43,852 bases of DNA from Nemertoderma westbladi (lineage: Eukaryota > Animalia > Xenacoelomorpha). The notes under the pieces are model-generated. The model ran no database searches. It saw nothing but the letters and a program-made list of their open reading frames with translations, and was not told the origin of the DNA. Shown here piece by piece: positions 13,201 to 28,822 of this stretch. The DNA is taken from contig JAUCBJ010003518.1 in NCBI GenBank assembly GCA_032718475.1, positions 1 to 43,852 of the forward strand, read 5' to 3'. A program made the translations under genes and the position numbers. Positions within the stretch are counted from its first letter, which is position 1; every line of letters starts with the position of its first letter.

Positions 13201-16200
13201 TTAATTACCAACTGGCATATCGTACAAGTTAATTAATTACCAACTGACCTATCGTACAAGTTAATTAATTACCAACTGGCCTATCGTACAAGTTAATTAA
13301 TTACCAACTGGCCTATCGTACAAGTTAATTAATTACCAACTGGCCTATCGTACAAGTTAATTAATTACCAACTGGCCTATCGTACAAGTTAATTAATTAC
13401 CAACTGGCCTATCGTACAAGTTAATTAATTACCAACTGGCCTATCGTACCTAGTTAATTAATTACCAACTGGCCTATCGTACCTAGTTAATTAATTACCA
13501 ACTGGCCTATCGTACCTAGTTAATTAATTACCAACTGACCTATCGTACAAGTTAATTAATTACCAACTGGCCTATCGTACAAGTTAATTAATTACCAACT
13601 GGCCTATCGTACAAGTTAATTAATTACCAACTGGCCTATCGTACAAGTTAATTAATTACCAACTGGCCTATCGTACAAGTTAATTAATTACCAACTGGCC
13701 TATCGTACAAGTTAATTAATTACCAACTGGCCTATCGTACCTAGTTAATTAATTACCAACTGGCCTATCGTACAAGTTAATTAATTACCAACTGGCCTAT
13801 CGTACAAGTTAATTAATAACCAACTGGCCTATCGTACAAGTTAATTAATTACCAACTGGCCTATCGTACCTAGTTAATTAATTACTAACTGGCCTATCGT
13901 ACCTAGTTAATTAATTACCAACTGGCCTATCGTACAAGTTAATTAATTACCAACTGGCCTATCGTACAAGTTAATTAATTACCAACTGGCCTATCGTACC
14001 TAGTTAATTAATTACCAACTGGCCTATCGTACCTAGTTAATTAATTACCAACTGGCCTATCGTACAAGTTAATTAATTACCAACTGGCCTATCGTACAAG
14101 TTAATTAATTACCAACTGGCCTATCGTACCTAGTTAATTAATTACCAACTGGCATATCGTACAAGTTAATTAATTACCAACTGACCTATCGTACAAGTTA
14201 ATTAATTACCAACTGGCCTATCGTACAAGTTAATTAATTACCAACTGGCCTATCGTACAAGTTAATTAATTACCAACTGGCCTATCGTACCTAGTTAATT
14301 AATTACCAACTGGCCTATCGCACAAGTTAATTAATTACCAACTGGCCTATCGTACCTAGTTAATTAATTACCAACTGGCCTATCGTACCTAGTTAAATAA
14401 TTACCAACTGGCCTATCGTACAAGTTAATTAATTACCAACTGGCCTATCGTACAAGTTAATTAATTACCAACTGGCCTATCGTACAAGTTAATTAATTAC
14501 CATCTGGCCTATCGTACCTAGTTAATTAATTACCAACTGGCATATCGTACAAGTTAATTAATTACCAACTGACCTATCGTACAAGTTAATTAATTACCAA
14601 CTGGCCTATCGTACAAGTTAATTAATTACCAACTGGCCTATCGTACAAGTTAATTAATTACCAACTGGCCTATCGTACCTAGTTAATTAATTACCAACTG
14701 GCCTATCGTACCTAGTTAAATAATTACCAACTGGCCTATCGCACAAGTTAATTAATTACCAACTGGCCTATCGTACAAGTTAATTAATTACCAACTGGCC
14801 TATCGTACCTGGTTAAATAATTACCAACTGGCCTATCGTACAAGTTAATTAATTACCAACTGGCCTATCGTACAAGTTAATTAATTACCAACTGGCCTAT
14901 CGTACAAGTTAATTAATTACCATCTGGCCTATCGTACCTAGTTAATTAATTACCAACTGGCCTATCGTACCTGGTTAATTAATTACCAACTGGCCTATCG
15001 TACAAGTTAATTAATTACCAACTGGCCTATCGTACAAGTTAATTAATTACCAACTGGCCTATCGTACAAGTTAATTAATTACCAACTGGCCTATCGTACA
15101 AGTTAATTAATTACCATCTGGCCTACCGTACCTAGTTAATTAATTACCAACTGGCCTATCGTACCTAGTTAATTAATTACCAACTGGCCTATCGTACAAG
15201 TTAATTAATTACCAACTGGCCTATCGTACAAGTTAATTAATTACCAACTGGCCTATCGTACAAGTTAATTAATTACCAACTGGCCTATCGTACAAGTTAA
15301 TTAATTACCATCTGGCCTATCGTACCTAGTTAATTAATTACCAACTGGCCTATCGTACCTAGTTAAATAATTACCAACTGGCCTATCGTACCTAGTTAAA
15401 TAATTACCAACTGGCCTATCGTACAAGTTAATTAATTACCAACTGGCCTATCGTACCTAGTTAATTAATTACCAACTGGCCTATCGTACAAGTTAATTAA
15501 TTACCAACTGGCCTATCGTACCTAGTTAATTAATTACCAACTGGCCTATCGTACCTAGTTAAATAATTACCAACTGGCCTATCGTACAAGTTAATTAATT
15601 ACCAACTGGCCTATCGTACCTAGTTAATTAATTACCAACTGGCCTATCGTACAAGTTAATTAATTACCAACTGGCCTATCGTACCTAGTTAATTAATTAC
15701 CAACTGGCCTATCGTACAAGTTCATTAATTACCAACTGGCCTATCGTACAAGTTAATTAATTACCAACTGGCATATCGTACTTAGTTAATTAATTACCAA
15801 CTGGCCTATCGTACCTAGTTAATTAATTACCAACTGGCCTATCGTACAAGTTAATTAATTACCAACTGGCCTATCGTACAAGTTAATTAATTACCAACTG
15901 GCCTATCGTACAAGTTAATTAATTACCAACTGGCCTATCGTACCTAGTTAATTAATTACCAACTGGCCTATCGTACCTAGTTAATTAATTACCAACTGGC
16001 CTATCGTACCTAGTTAATTAATTACCAACTGGCCTATCGTACCTAGTTAATTAATTACCAACTGGCCTATCGTACAAGTTAATTAATTACCAACTGACCT
16101 ATCGTACAAGTTAATTAATTACCAACTGGCCTATCGTACCTAGTTAATTAATTACCAACTGGCCTATCGTACCTAGTTAATTAATTACCAACTGGCCTAT

Positions 16201-19200
16201 CGTACAAGTTAATTAATTAATTACCAACTGGCCTATCGCACAAGTTAATTAATTACCAACTGGCCTATCGTACAAGTTAATTAATTACCAACTGGCCTAT
16301 CGTACCTAGTTAAATAATTACCAACTGGCCTATCGTACAAGTTAATTAATTACCAACTGGCCTATCGTACAAGTTAATTAATTACCAACTGGCCTATCGT
16401 ACAAGTTAATTAATTACCATCTGGCCTATCGTACCTAGTTAATTAATTACCAACTGGCCTATCGTACCTGGTTAATTAATTACCAACTGGCCTATCGTAC
16501 AAGTTAATTAATTACCAACTGGCCTATCGTACAAGTTAATTAATTACCAACTGGCCTATCGTACAAGTTAATTAATTACCAACTGGCCTATCGTACAAGT
16601 TAATTAATTACCATCTGGCCTATCGTACCTAGTTAATTAATTACCAACTGGCCTATCGTACCTAGTTAATTAATTACCAACTGGCCTATCGTACAAGTTA
16701 ATTAATTACCAACTGGCCTATCGTACAAGTTAATTAATTACCAACTGGCCTATCGTACAAGTTAATTAATTACCAACTGGCCTATCGTACAAGTTAATTA
16801 ATTACCATCTGGCCTATCGTACCTAGTTAATTAATTACCAACTGGCCTATCGTACCTAGTTAAATAATTACCAACTGGCCTATCGTACCTAGTTAAATAA
16901 TTACCAACTGGCCTATCGTACAAGTTAATTAATTACCAACTGGCCTATCGTACCTAGTTAATTAATTACCAACTGGCCTATCGTACAAGTTAATTAATTA
17001 CCAACTGGCCTATCGTACCTAGTTAATTAATTACCAACTGGCCTATCGTACAAGATCATTAATTACCAACTGGCCTATCGTACAAGTTAATTAATTACCA
17101 ACTGGCATATCGTACCTAGTTAATTAATTACCAACTGGCCTATCGTACCTAGTTAATTAATTACCAACTGGCCTATCGTACAAGTTAATTAATTACCAAC
17201 TGGCCTATCGTACAAGTTAATTAATTACCAACTGGCCTATCGTACCTAGTTAATTAATTACCAACTGGTCTATCGTACAAGTTAATTAATTACCAACTGG
17301 CCTATCGTACCTAGTTAATTAATTACTAACTGGCCTATCGTACCTAGTTAATTAATTACCAACTGGCCTATCGTACAAGTTAATTAATTACCAACTGGCC
17401 TATCGTACAAGTTAATTAATTACCAACTGGCCTATCGTACCTAGTTAATTAATTACCAACTGGCCTATCGTACCTAGTTAATTAATTACCAACTGGCCTA
17501 TCGTACAAGTTAATTAATTACCAACTGGCCTATCGTACAAGTTAATTAATTACCAACTGGCCTATCGTACCTAGTTAATTAATTACCAACTGGCATATCG
17601 TACAAGTTAATTAATTACCAACTGACCTATCGTACAAGTTAATTAATTACCAACTGGCCTATCGTACAAGTTAATTAATTACCAACTGGCCTATCGTACA
17701 AGTTAATTAATTACCAACTGGCCTATCGTACCTAGTTAATTAATTACCAACTGGCCTATCGCACAAGTTAATTAATTACCAACTGGCCTATCGTACCTAG
17801 TTAATTAATTACCAACTGGCCTATCGTACCTAGTTAAATAATTACCAACTGGCCTATCGTACAAGTTAATTAATTACCAACTGGCCTATCGTACAAGTTA
17901 ATTAATTACCAACTGGCCTATCGTACAAGTTAATTAATTACCATCTGGCCTATCGTACCTAGTTAATTAATTACCAACTGGCATATCGTACAAGTTAATT
18001 AATTACCAACTGACCTATCGTACAAGTTAATTAATTACCAACTGGCCTATCGTACAAGTTAATTAATTACCAACTGGCCTATCGTACAAGTTAATTAATT
18101 ACCAACTGGCCTATCGTACCTAGTTAATTAATTACCAACTGGCCTATCGTACCTAGTTAAATAATTACCAACTGGCCTATCGCACAAGTTAATTAATTAC
18201 CAACTGGCCTATCGTACAAGTTAATTAATTACCAACTGGCCTATCGTACCTGGTTAAATAATTACCAACTGGCCTATCGTACAAGTTAATTAATTACCAA
18301 CTGGCCTATCGTACAAGTTAATTAATTACCAACTGGCCTATCGTACAAGTTAATTAATTACCATCTGGCCTATCGTACCTAGTTAATTAATTACCAACTG
18401 GCCTATCGTACCTGGTTAATTAATTACCAACTGGCCTATCGTACAAGTTAATTAATTACCAACTGGCCTATCGTACAAGTTAATTAATTACCAACTGGCC
18501 TATCGTACAAGTTAATTAATTACCAACTGGCCTATCGTACAAGTTAATTAATTACCATCTGGCCTACCGTACCTAGTTAATTAATTACCAACTGGCCTAT
18601 CGTACCTAGTTAATTAATTACCAACTGGCCTATCGTACAAGTTAATTAATTACCAACTGGCCTATCGTACAAGTTAATTAATTACCAACTGGCCTATCGT
18701 ACAAGTTAATTAATTACCAACTGGCCTATCGTACAAGTTAATTAATTACCATCTGGCCTATCGTACCTAGTTAATTAATTACCAACTGGCCTATCGTACC
18801 TAGTTAAATAATTACCAACTGGCCTATCGTACCTAGTTAAATAATTACCAACTGGCCTATCGTACAAGTTAATTAATTACCAACTGGCCTATCGTACCTA
18901 GTTAATTAATTACCAACTGGCCTATCGTACAAGTTAATTAATTACCAACTGGCCTATCGTACCTAGTTAATTAATTACCAACTGGCCTATCGTACCTAGT
19001 TAAATAATTACCAACTGGCCTATCGTACAAGTTAATTAATTACCAACTGGCCTATCGTACCTAGTTAATTAATTACCAACTGGCCTATCGTACAAGTTAA
19101 TTAATTACCAACTGGCCTATCGTACCTAGTTAATTAATTACCAACTGGCCTATCGTACAAGTTCATTAATTACCAACTGGCCTATCGTACAAGTTAATTA

Positions 19201-22200
19201 ATTACCAACTGGCATATCGTACTTAGTTAATTAATTACCAACTGGCCTATCGTACCTAGTTAATTAATTACCAACTGGCCTATCGTACAAGTTAATTAAT
19301 TACCAACTGGCCTATCGTACAAGTTAATTAATTACCAACTGGCCTATCGTACAAGTTAATTAATTACCAACTGGCCTATCGTACCTAGTTAATTAATTAC
19401 CAACTGGCCTATCGTACCTAGTTAATTAATTACCAACTGGCCTATCGTACCTAGTTAATTAATTACCAACTGGCCTATCGTACCTAGTTAATTAATTACC
19501 AACTGGCCTATCGTACAAGTTAATTAATTACCAACTGACCTATCGTACAAGTTAATTAATTACCAACTGGCCTATCGTACCTAGTTAATTAATTACCAAC
19601 TGGCCTATCGTACCTAGTTAATTAATTACCAACTGGCCTATCGTACAAGTTAATTAATTAATTACCAACTGGCCTATCGCACAAGTTAATTAATTACCAA
19701 CTGGCCTATCGTACAAGTTAATTAATTAACAACTGGCCTATCGTACCTAGTTAAATAATTACCAACTGGCCTATCGTACAAGTTAATTAATTACCAACTG
19801 GCCTATCGTACAAGTTAATTAATTACCAACTGGCCTATCGTACAAGTTAATTAATTACCATCTGGCCTATCGTACCTAGTTAATTAATTACCAACTGGCC
19901 TATCGTACCTGGTTAATTAATTACCAACTGGCCTATCGTACAAGTTAATTAATTACCAACTGGCCTATCGTACAAGTTAATTAATTACCAACTGGCCTAT
20001 CGTACAAGTTAATTAATTACCAACTGGCCTATCGTACAAGTTAATTAATTACCATCTGGCCTATCGTACCTAGTTAATTAATTACCAACTGGCCTATCGT
20101 ACCTAGTTAATTAATTACCAACTGGCCTATCGTACAAGTTAATTAATTACCAACTGGCCTATCGTACAAGTTAATTAATTACCAACTGGCCTATCGTACA
20201 AGTTAATTAATTACCAACTGGCCTATCGTACAAGTTAATTAATTACCATCTGGCCTATCGTACCTAGTTAATTAATTACCAACTGGCCTATCGTACCTAG
20301 TTAAATAATTACCAACTGGCCTATCGTACCTAGTTAAATAATTACCAACTGGCCTATCGTACAAGTTAATTAATTACCAACTGGCCTATCGTACCTAGTT
20401 AATTAATTACCAACTGGTCTATCGTACAAGTTAATTAATTACCAACTGGCCTATCGTACCTAGTTAATTAATTACCAACTGGCCTATCGTACAAGTTCAT
20501 TAATTACCAACTGGCCTATCGTACAAGTTAATTAATTACCAACTGGCATATCGTACCTAGTTAATTAATTACCAACTGGCCTATCGTACCTAGTTAATTA
20601 ATTACCAACTGGCCTATCGTACAAGTTAATTAATTACCAACTGGCCTATCGTACAAGTTAATTAATTACCAACTGGCCTATCGTACCTAGTTAATTAATT
20701 ACCAACTGGCCTATCGTACAAGTTAATTAATTACCAACTGGCCTATCGTACAAGTTAATTAATTACCAACTGGCCTATCGTACCTAGTTAATTAATTACC
20801 AACTGGCCTATCGTACCTAGTTAATTAATTACCAACTGGCCTATCGTACCTAGTTAATTAATTACCAACTGGCCTATCGTACAAGTTAATTAATTACCAA
20901 CTGACCTATCGTACAAGTTAATTAATTACCAACTGGCCTATTTTAACTGGCCTATCGTACCTAGTTAATTAATTACCAACTGGCCTATCGTACCTAGTTA
21001 ATTAATTACCAACTGGCCTATCATACAAGTTAATTAATTAATTACCAACTGGCCTATCATACAAGTTAATTAATTACCAACTGGCCTATCGTACAAGTTA
21101 ATTAATTAATTACCAACTGGCCTCTCTTACAAGTTAATTAATTACCAACTGGCCTATCGTACCTAGTTAATTAATTACCAACTGGCCTATCGTACCTAGT
21201 TAATTAATTACCAACTTGCCTATCGTACAAGTTAATTAATTACCAACTGGCCTATCGTACCTAGTTAATTAATTACCAACTGGCCTATCGTACAAGTTAA
21301 TTAATTACCAACTGGCCTATCGTACAAGTTAATTAATTACCAACTGGCCTATCGTACAAGTTAATTAATTAATTACCAACTGGCCTATCATACAAGTTAA
21401 TTAATTACCAACTGGCCTATCGTACAAGTTAATTAATTAATTACCAACTGGCCTATCATACAAGTTAATTAATTACCAACTGGCCTATCGTACAAGTTAA
21501 TTAATAACCAACTGGCCTATCGTACCTAGTTAATTAATTACCAACTGGCCTATCGTACAAGTTAATTAATTACCAACTGGCCTATCGTACAAGTTAATTA
21601 ATTACCAACTGGCCTATCGTACAAGTTAATTAATTACCAACTGGCCTATCGTACCTAGTTAATTAATTACCAACTGGCCTATCGTACAAGTTAATTAATT
21701 ACCAACTGGCCTATCGTACCTAGTTAATTAATTACCAACTGGCCTATCGTACCTAGTTAATTAATTACCAACTGGCCTATCGTACAAGTTAATTAATTAC
21801 CAACTGGCCTATCGTACAAGTTAATTAATTACCAACTGGCCTATCGTACAAGTTAATTAATTACCAACTGGCCTATCGTACAAGTTAATTAATTACCAAC
21901 TGGCCTATCGTACAAGTTAATTAATTACCAACTGGCGTATCGTACAAGTTAATTAATTACCAACTGGCCTATCGTACAAGTTAATTAATTAATTACCAAC
22001 TGGCCTATCGTACAAGTTAATTAATTACCAACTGGCCTATCGTACCTAGTTAATTAATTACCAACTGGCCTATCGTACCTAGTTAATTAATTACCAACTG
22101 GCCTATCGTACAAGTTAATTAATTACCAACTGGCCTATCGTACCGAGTTAATTAATTACCAACTGGCCTATCGTACAAGTTAATTAATTACCAACTGGCC

Positions 22201-25200
22201 TATCGTACAAGTTAATTAATTACCAACTGGCCTATCGTACAAGTTAATTAATTACCAACTGGCATATCGTACAAGTTAATTAATTACCAACTGACCTATC
22301 GTACAAGTTAATTAATTACCAACTGGCCTATCGTACAAGTTAATTAATTAACAACTGGCCTATCGTACAAGTTAATTAATTACCAACTGGCCTATCGTAC
22401 AAGTTAATTAATTACCAACTGGCCTATCGTACAAGTTAATTAATTACCAACTGGCCTATCGTACAAGTTAATTAATTACCAACTGGCCTATCGTACCTAG
22501 TTAATTAATTACCAACTGGCCTATCGTACCTAGTTAATTAATTACCAACTGGCCTATCGTACCTAGTTAATTAATTACAAACTGACCTATCGTACAAGTT
22601 AATTAATTACCAACTGGCCTATCGTACAAGTTAATTAATTACCAACTGGCCTATCGTACAAGTTAATTAATTACCAACTGGCCTATCGTACAAGTTAATT
22701 AATTACCAACTGGCCTATCGTACAAGTTAATTAATTACCAACTGGCCTATCGTACAAGTTAATTAATTACCAACTGGCCTATCGTACCTAGTTAATTAAT
22801 TACCAACTGGCCTATCGTACAAGTTAATTAATTACCAACTGGCCTATCGTACAAGTTAATTAATAACCAACTGGCCTATCGTACAAGTTAATTAATTACC
22901 AACTGGCCTATCGTACAAGTTAATTAATTACCAACTGGCCTATCGTACCTAGTTAATTAATTACCAACTGGCCTATCGTACAAGTTAATTAATTACCAAC
23001 TGGCCTATCGTACAAGTTAATTAATTACCAACTGGCCTATCGTACCTAGTTAATTAATTACCAACTGGCCTATTGTACAAGTTAATTAATTACCAACTGG
23101 CCTATCGTACAAGTTAATTAATTACCAACTGGCCTATCGTACAAGTTAATTAATTACCAACTGGCCTATCGTACCTAGTTAATTAATTACCAACTGGCCT
23201 ATCGTACCTAGTTAATTAATTACCAACTGGCCTATCGTACGTAGTTAATTAATTACCAACTGGCCTATCGTACAAGTTAATTAATTACCAACTGGCCTAT
23301 CGTACAAGTTAATTAATTACCAACTGGCCTATCGTACCTAGTTAATTAATTACCAACTGGCCTATCGTACAAGTTAATTAATTACCAACTGGCCTATCGT
23401 ACAAGTTAATTAATTACCAACTGGCCTATCGTACAAGTTAATTAATTACCAACTGGCCTATCGTACAAGTTAATTAATTACCAACTGGCCTATCGTACCT
23501 AGTTAATTAATTACCAACTGGCCTATCGTACCTAGTTAATTAATTACCAACTGACCTATCGTACAAGTTAATTAATTACCAACTGGCCTATCGTACAAGT
23601 TAATTAATTACCAACTGGCCTATCGTACAAGTTAATTAATTACCAACTGGCCTATCGTACAAGTTAATTAATTACCAAATGGCCTATCGTACCTAGTTAA
23701 TTAATTACCAACTGGCCTATCGTACCTAGTTAATTAATTACCAACTGGCCTATCGTACAAGTTAATTAATTACCAAATGGCCTATCGTACCTAGTTAATT
23801 AATTACCAACTGGCCTATCGTACCTAGTTAATTAATTACCAACTTGCCTATCGTACAAGTTAATTAATTACCAACTGGCCTATCGTACCTAGTTAATTAA
23901 TTACCAACTGGCCTATCGTACCTAGTTAATTAATTACCAACTGGCCTATCGTACAAGTTAATTAATTACCAACTGGCCTATCGTACAAGTTAATTAATTA
24001 CCAACTGGCCTATCGTACAAGTTAATTAATTACCAACTGGCCTATCGTACAAGTTAATTAATTACCAACTGGCCTATCGTACAAGTTAATTAATTACCAA
24101 CTGGCCTATCGTACAAGTTAATTAATTACCAACTGGCCTATCGTACCTAGTTAATTAATTACCAACTGGCCTATCGTACAAGTTAATTAATTACCAACTG
24201 GCCTATCGTACCTAGTTAATTAATTACCAACTGGCATATCGTACCTAGTTAATTAATTACCAACTGGCCTATCGTACAAGTTAATTAATTACCAACTGGC
24301 CTATCGTACCTAGTTAATTAATTACCAACTGGCATATCGTACCTAGTTAATTAATTACCAACTGGCCTATCGTACCTAGTTAATTAATTACTAACTGGCC
24401 TATCGTACCTAGTTAATTAATTACCAACTGGCCTATCGTACCTAGTTAAATAATTACCAACTGGCCTATCGTACAAGTTAATTAATTACCAAATGGCCTA
24501 TCGTACCTAGTTAATTAATTACCAACTTGCCTATCGTACAAGTTAATTAATTACCAACTGGCCTATCGTACCTAGTTAATTAATTACCAACTGGCCTATC
24601 GTACCTAGTTAATTAATTACCAACTGGCCTATCGTACAAGTTAATTAATTACCAACTGGCCTATCGTACAAGTTAATTAATTACCAACTGGCCTATCGTA
24701 CAAGTTAATTAATTACCAACTGGCCTATCGTACAAGTTAATTAATTACCAACTGGCCTATCGTACAAGTTAATTAATTACCAACTGGCCTATCGTACAAG
24801 TTAATTAATTACCAACTGGCCTATCGTACAAGTTAATTAATTACCAACTGGCCTATCGTACCTAGTTAATTAATTACCAACTGGCCTATCGTACAAGTTA
24901 ATTAATTACCAACTGGCCTATCGTACCTAGTTAATTAATTACCAACTGGCATATCGTACCTAGTTAATTAATTACCAACTGGCCTATCGTACAAGTTAAT
25001 TAATTACCAACTGGCCTATCGTACCTAGTTAATTAATTACCAACTGGCATATCGTACCTAGTTAATTAATTACCAACTGGCCTATCGTACCTAGTTAATT
25101 AATTACTAACTGGCCTATCGTACCTAGTTAATTAATTACCAACTGGCCTATCGTACCTAGTTAAATAATTACCAACTGGCCTATCGTACAAGTTAATTAA

Positions 25201-28200
25201 TTACCAACTGGCCTATCGTACCTAGTTAATTAATTACCAACTGGCCTATCGTACAAGTTAATTAATTACCAACTGGCCTATCGTACAAGTTAATTAATTA
25301 CCAACTGGCCTATCGTACAAGTTAATTAATTACCAACTGCCCTATCGTACAAGTTAATTAATTACCAACTGGCCTATCGTACAAGTTAATTAATTACCAA
25401 CTGGCCTATCGTACAAGTTAATTAATTACCAACTGGCCTATCGTACAAGTTAATTAATTACCAACTGGCCTATCGTACAAGTTAATTAATTACCAACTGC
25501 CCTATCGTACAAGTTAATTAATTACCAACTGGCCTATCGTACAAGTTAATTAATTACCAACTGGCCTATCGTACAAGTTAATTAATTACCAACTGGCCTA
25601 TCGTACAAGTTAATTAATTACCAACTGGCCTATCGTACAAGTTAATTAATTACCAACTGGCCTATCGTACAAGTTAATTAATTACCAACTGGCCTATCGT
25701 ACCTAGTTAATTAATTACCAACTGGCCTATCGTACCTAGTTAATTAATTACCAACTGGCCTATCGTACAAGTTAATTAATTACCAACTGGCCTATCGTAC
25801 AAGTTAATTAATTACCAACTGGCCTATCGTACAAGTTAATTAATTACCAACTGGCCTATCGTACAAGTTAATTAATTACCAACTGGCCTATCGTACAAGT
25901 TAATTAATTACCAACTGGCCTATCGTACAAGTTAATTAATTATCAACTGGCCTATCGTACAAGTTAATTAATTACCAACTGGCCTATCGTACAAGTTAAT
26001 TAATTACCAACTGGCCTATCGTACAAGTTAATTAATTACCAACTGGCCTATCGTACAAGTTAATTAATTACCAACTGGCCTATCGTACCTAGTTAATTAA
26101 TTACCAACTGGCCTATCGTACCTAGTTAATTAATTACCAACTGGCCTATCGTACAAGTTAATTAATTACCAACTGGCCTATCGTACAAGTTAATTAATTA
26201 CCAACTGGCCTATCGTACAAGTTAATTAATTACCAACTGGCCTATCGTACAAGTTAATTAATTACCAACTGGCCTATCGTACAAGTTAATTAATTACCAA
26301 CTGGCCTATCGTACAAGTTAATTAATTACCAACTGGCCTATCGTACCTAGTTAATTAATTACCAACTGGCCTATCGTACAAGTTAATTAATTACCAACTG
26401 GCTTATCGTACCTAGTTAATTAATTACCAACTGGCCTATCGTACCTAGTTAATTAATTACCAAATGTCCTATCGTACAAGTTAATTAATTACCAACTGGC
26501 CTATCGTACAAGTTAATTAATTAATTACCAACTGGCCTATCGTACAAGTTAATTAATTACCAACTGGCCTATCGTACCTAGTTAATTAATTACCAACTGG
26601 CCTATCGTACCTAGTTAATTAATTACCAACTGGCCTATCGTACCTAGTTAATTAATTACCAACTGGCCTATCGTACCTAGTTAATTAATTACCAACTGGC
26701 CTATCGTACCTAGTTAATTAATTACCAACTGGCCTATCGTACCTAGTTAATTAATTACCAACTGGCCTATCGTACAAGTTAATTAATTACCAACTGGCCT
26801 ATCGTACAAGTTAATTAATTACCAACTGGCCTATCGTACCTAGTTAATTAATTACCAACTGGCCTATCGTACAAGTTAATTAATTACCAACTGGCCTATC
26901 GTACAAGTTAATTAATTACCAACTGGCCTATCGTACAAGTTAATTAATTACCAACTGGCCTATCGTACAAGTTAATTAATTAATTAATTACCAACTGGCC
27001 TATCGTACAAGTTAATTAATTACCAACTGGCCTATCGTACAAGTTAATTAATTACCAACTGGCCTATCGTACCTAGTTAATTAATTACCAACTGGCCTAT
27101 CGTACAAGTTAATTAATTACCAACTGGCCTATCGTACCTAGTTAATTAATTACCAACTGGCCTATCGTACAAGTTAATTAATTACCAACTGGCCTATCGT
27201 ACAAGTTAATTAATTACCAACTGGCCTATCGTACCAAGTTAATTAATTACCAACTGGCATATCGTACCTAGTTAATTAATTACCAACTGGCCTATCGTAC
27301 AAGTTAATTAATTACCAACTGGCCTATCGTACAAGTTAATTAATTACCAACTGGCCTATCGTACAAGTTAATTAATTACCAACTGGCCTATCGTACAAGT
27401 TAATTAATTAATTAATTACCAACTGGCCTATCGTACAAGTTAATTAATTACCAACTGGCCTATCGTACCTAGTTAATTAATTACCAACTGGCCTATCGTA
27501 CCTAGTTAATTAATTACCAACTGGCCTATCGTACCTAGTTAATTAATTACCAACTGGCCTATCGTACAAGTTAATTAATTACCAACTGGCCTATCGTACA
27601 AGTTAATTAATTACCAACTGGCCTATCGTACCGAGTTAATTAATTACCAACTGGCCTATCGTACAAGTTAATTAATTACCAACTGGCCTATCGTACAAGT
27701 TAATTAATTACCAACTGGCCTATCGTACAAGTTAATTAATTACCAACTGGCCTATCGTACAAGTTAATTAATTACCAACTGGCCTATCGTACAAGTTAAT
27801 TAATTACCAACTGGCCTATCGTACAAGTTAATTAATTACCAACTGGCCTATCGTACAAGTTAATTAATTACCAACTGGCCTATCGTACAAGTTAATTAAT
27901 TACCAACTGGCCTATCGTACCTAGTTAATTAATTACCAACTGGCCTATCGTACAAGTTAATTAATTACCAACTGGCCTATCGTACAAGTTAATTAATTAC
28001 CAACTGGCCTATCGTACAAGTTAATTAATTACCAACTGGCCTATCGTACCTAGTTAATTAATTACCAACTGGCCTATCGTACCTAGTTAATTAATTACCA
28101 ACTGGCCTATCGTACCTAGTTAATTAATTACCAACTGGCCTATCGAACCTAGTTAAATAATTACCAACTGGCCTATCGCACAAGTTAATTAATTACCAAC

Positions 28201-28732
28201 TGGCCTATCGTACAAGTTAATTAATTACCAACTGGCCTATCGTACAAGTTAATTAATTACCAACTGGCCTATCGTACAAGTTAATTAATTACCAACTGGC
28301 CTATCGTACAAGTTAATTAATTACCAACTGGCCTATCGTACAAGTTAATTAATTACCAACTGGCCTATCGTACAAGTTAATTAATTACCAACTGGCCTAT
28401 CGTACAAGTTAATTAATTACCAACTGGCCTATCGTACAAGTTAATTAATTACCAGCTGGCCTATCGTACAAGTTAATTAATTACCAACTGGCCTATCGTA
28501 CCTAGTTAATTAATTACCAACTGACCTATCGTACAAGTTAATTAATTACCAACTGGCCTATCGTACCTAGTTAATTAATTACCAACTGGCCTATCGTACC
28601 TAGTTAAATAATTACCAACTGGCCTATCGCACAAGTTAATTAATTACCAACTGGCCTATCGTACAAGTTAATTAATTACCAACTGGCCTATCGTACCTAG
28701 TTAATTAATTACCAACTGGCCTATCGTACCTA
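7202..28732. repeat. 21.5-kb satellite of 32/33-bp units GTTAATTAATTACCAACTGGCCTATCGTAC(AA|CTA), ~660 copies
   Basis: Continuous head-to-tail array with two dominant variants, rare point variants and no unique spacers. Confidence 0.99.
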
Positions 28733-28822
28733 CTGGTGTAACGAACCTGCATAAAAACGACGCCAAATAATTCAAAATAAAACAATTAAGAAACCGCGAA
28801 ACTAATTAGAACCGGTTGCTAA

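Noticed and set aside
7202-28732. CRISPR array (32-bp partly palindromic repeat)
   Set aside because: No unique spacers, no cas genes, and a eukaryotic context; it is a head-to-tail satellite.
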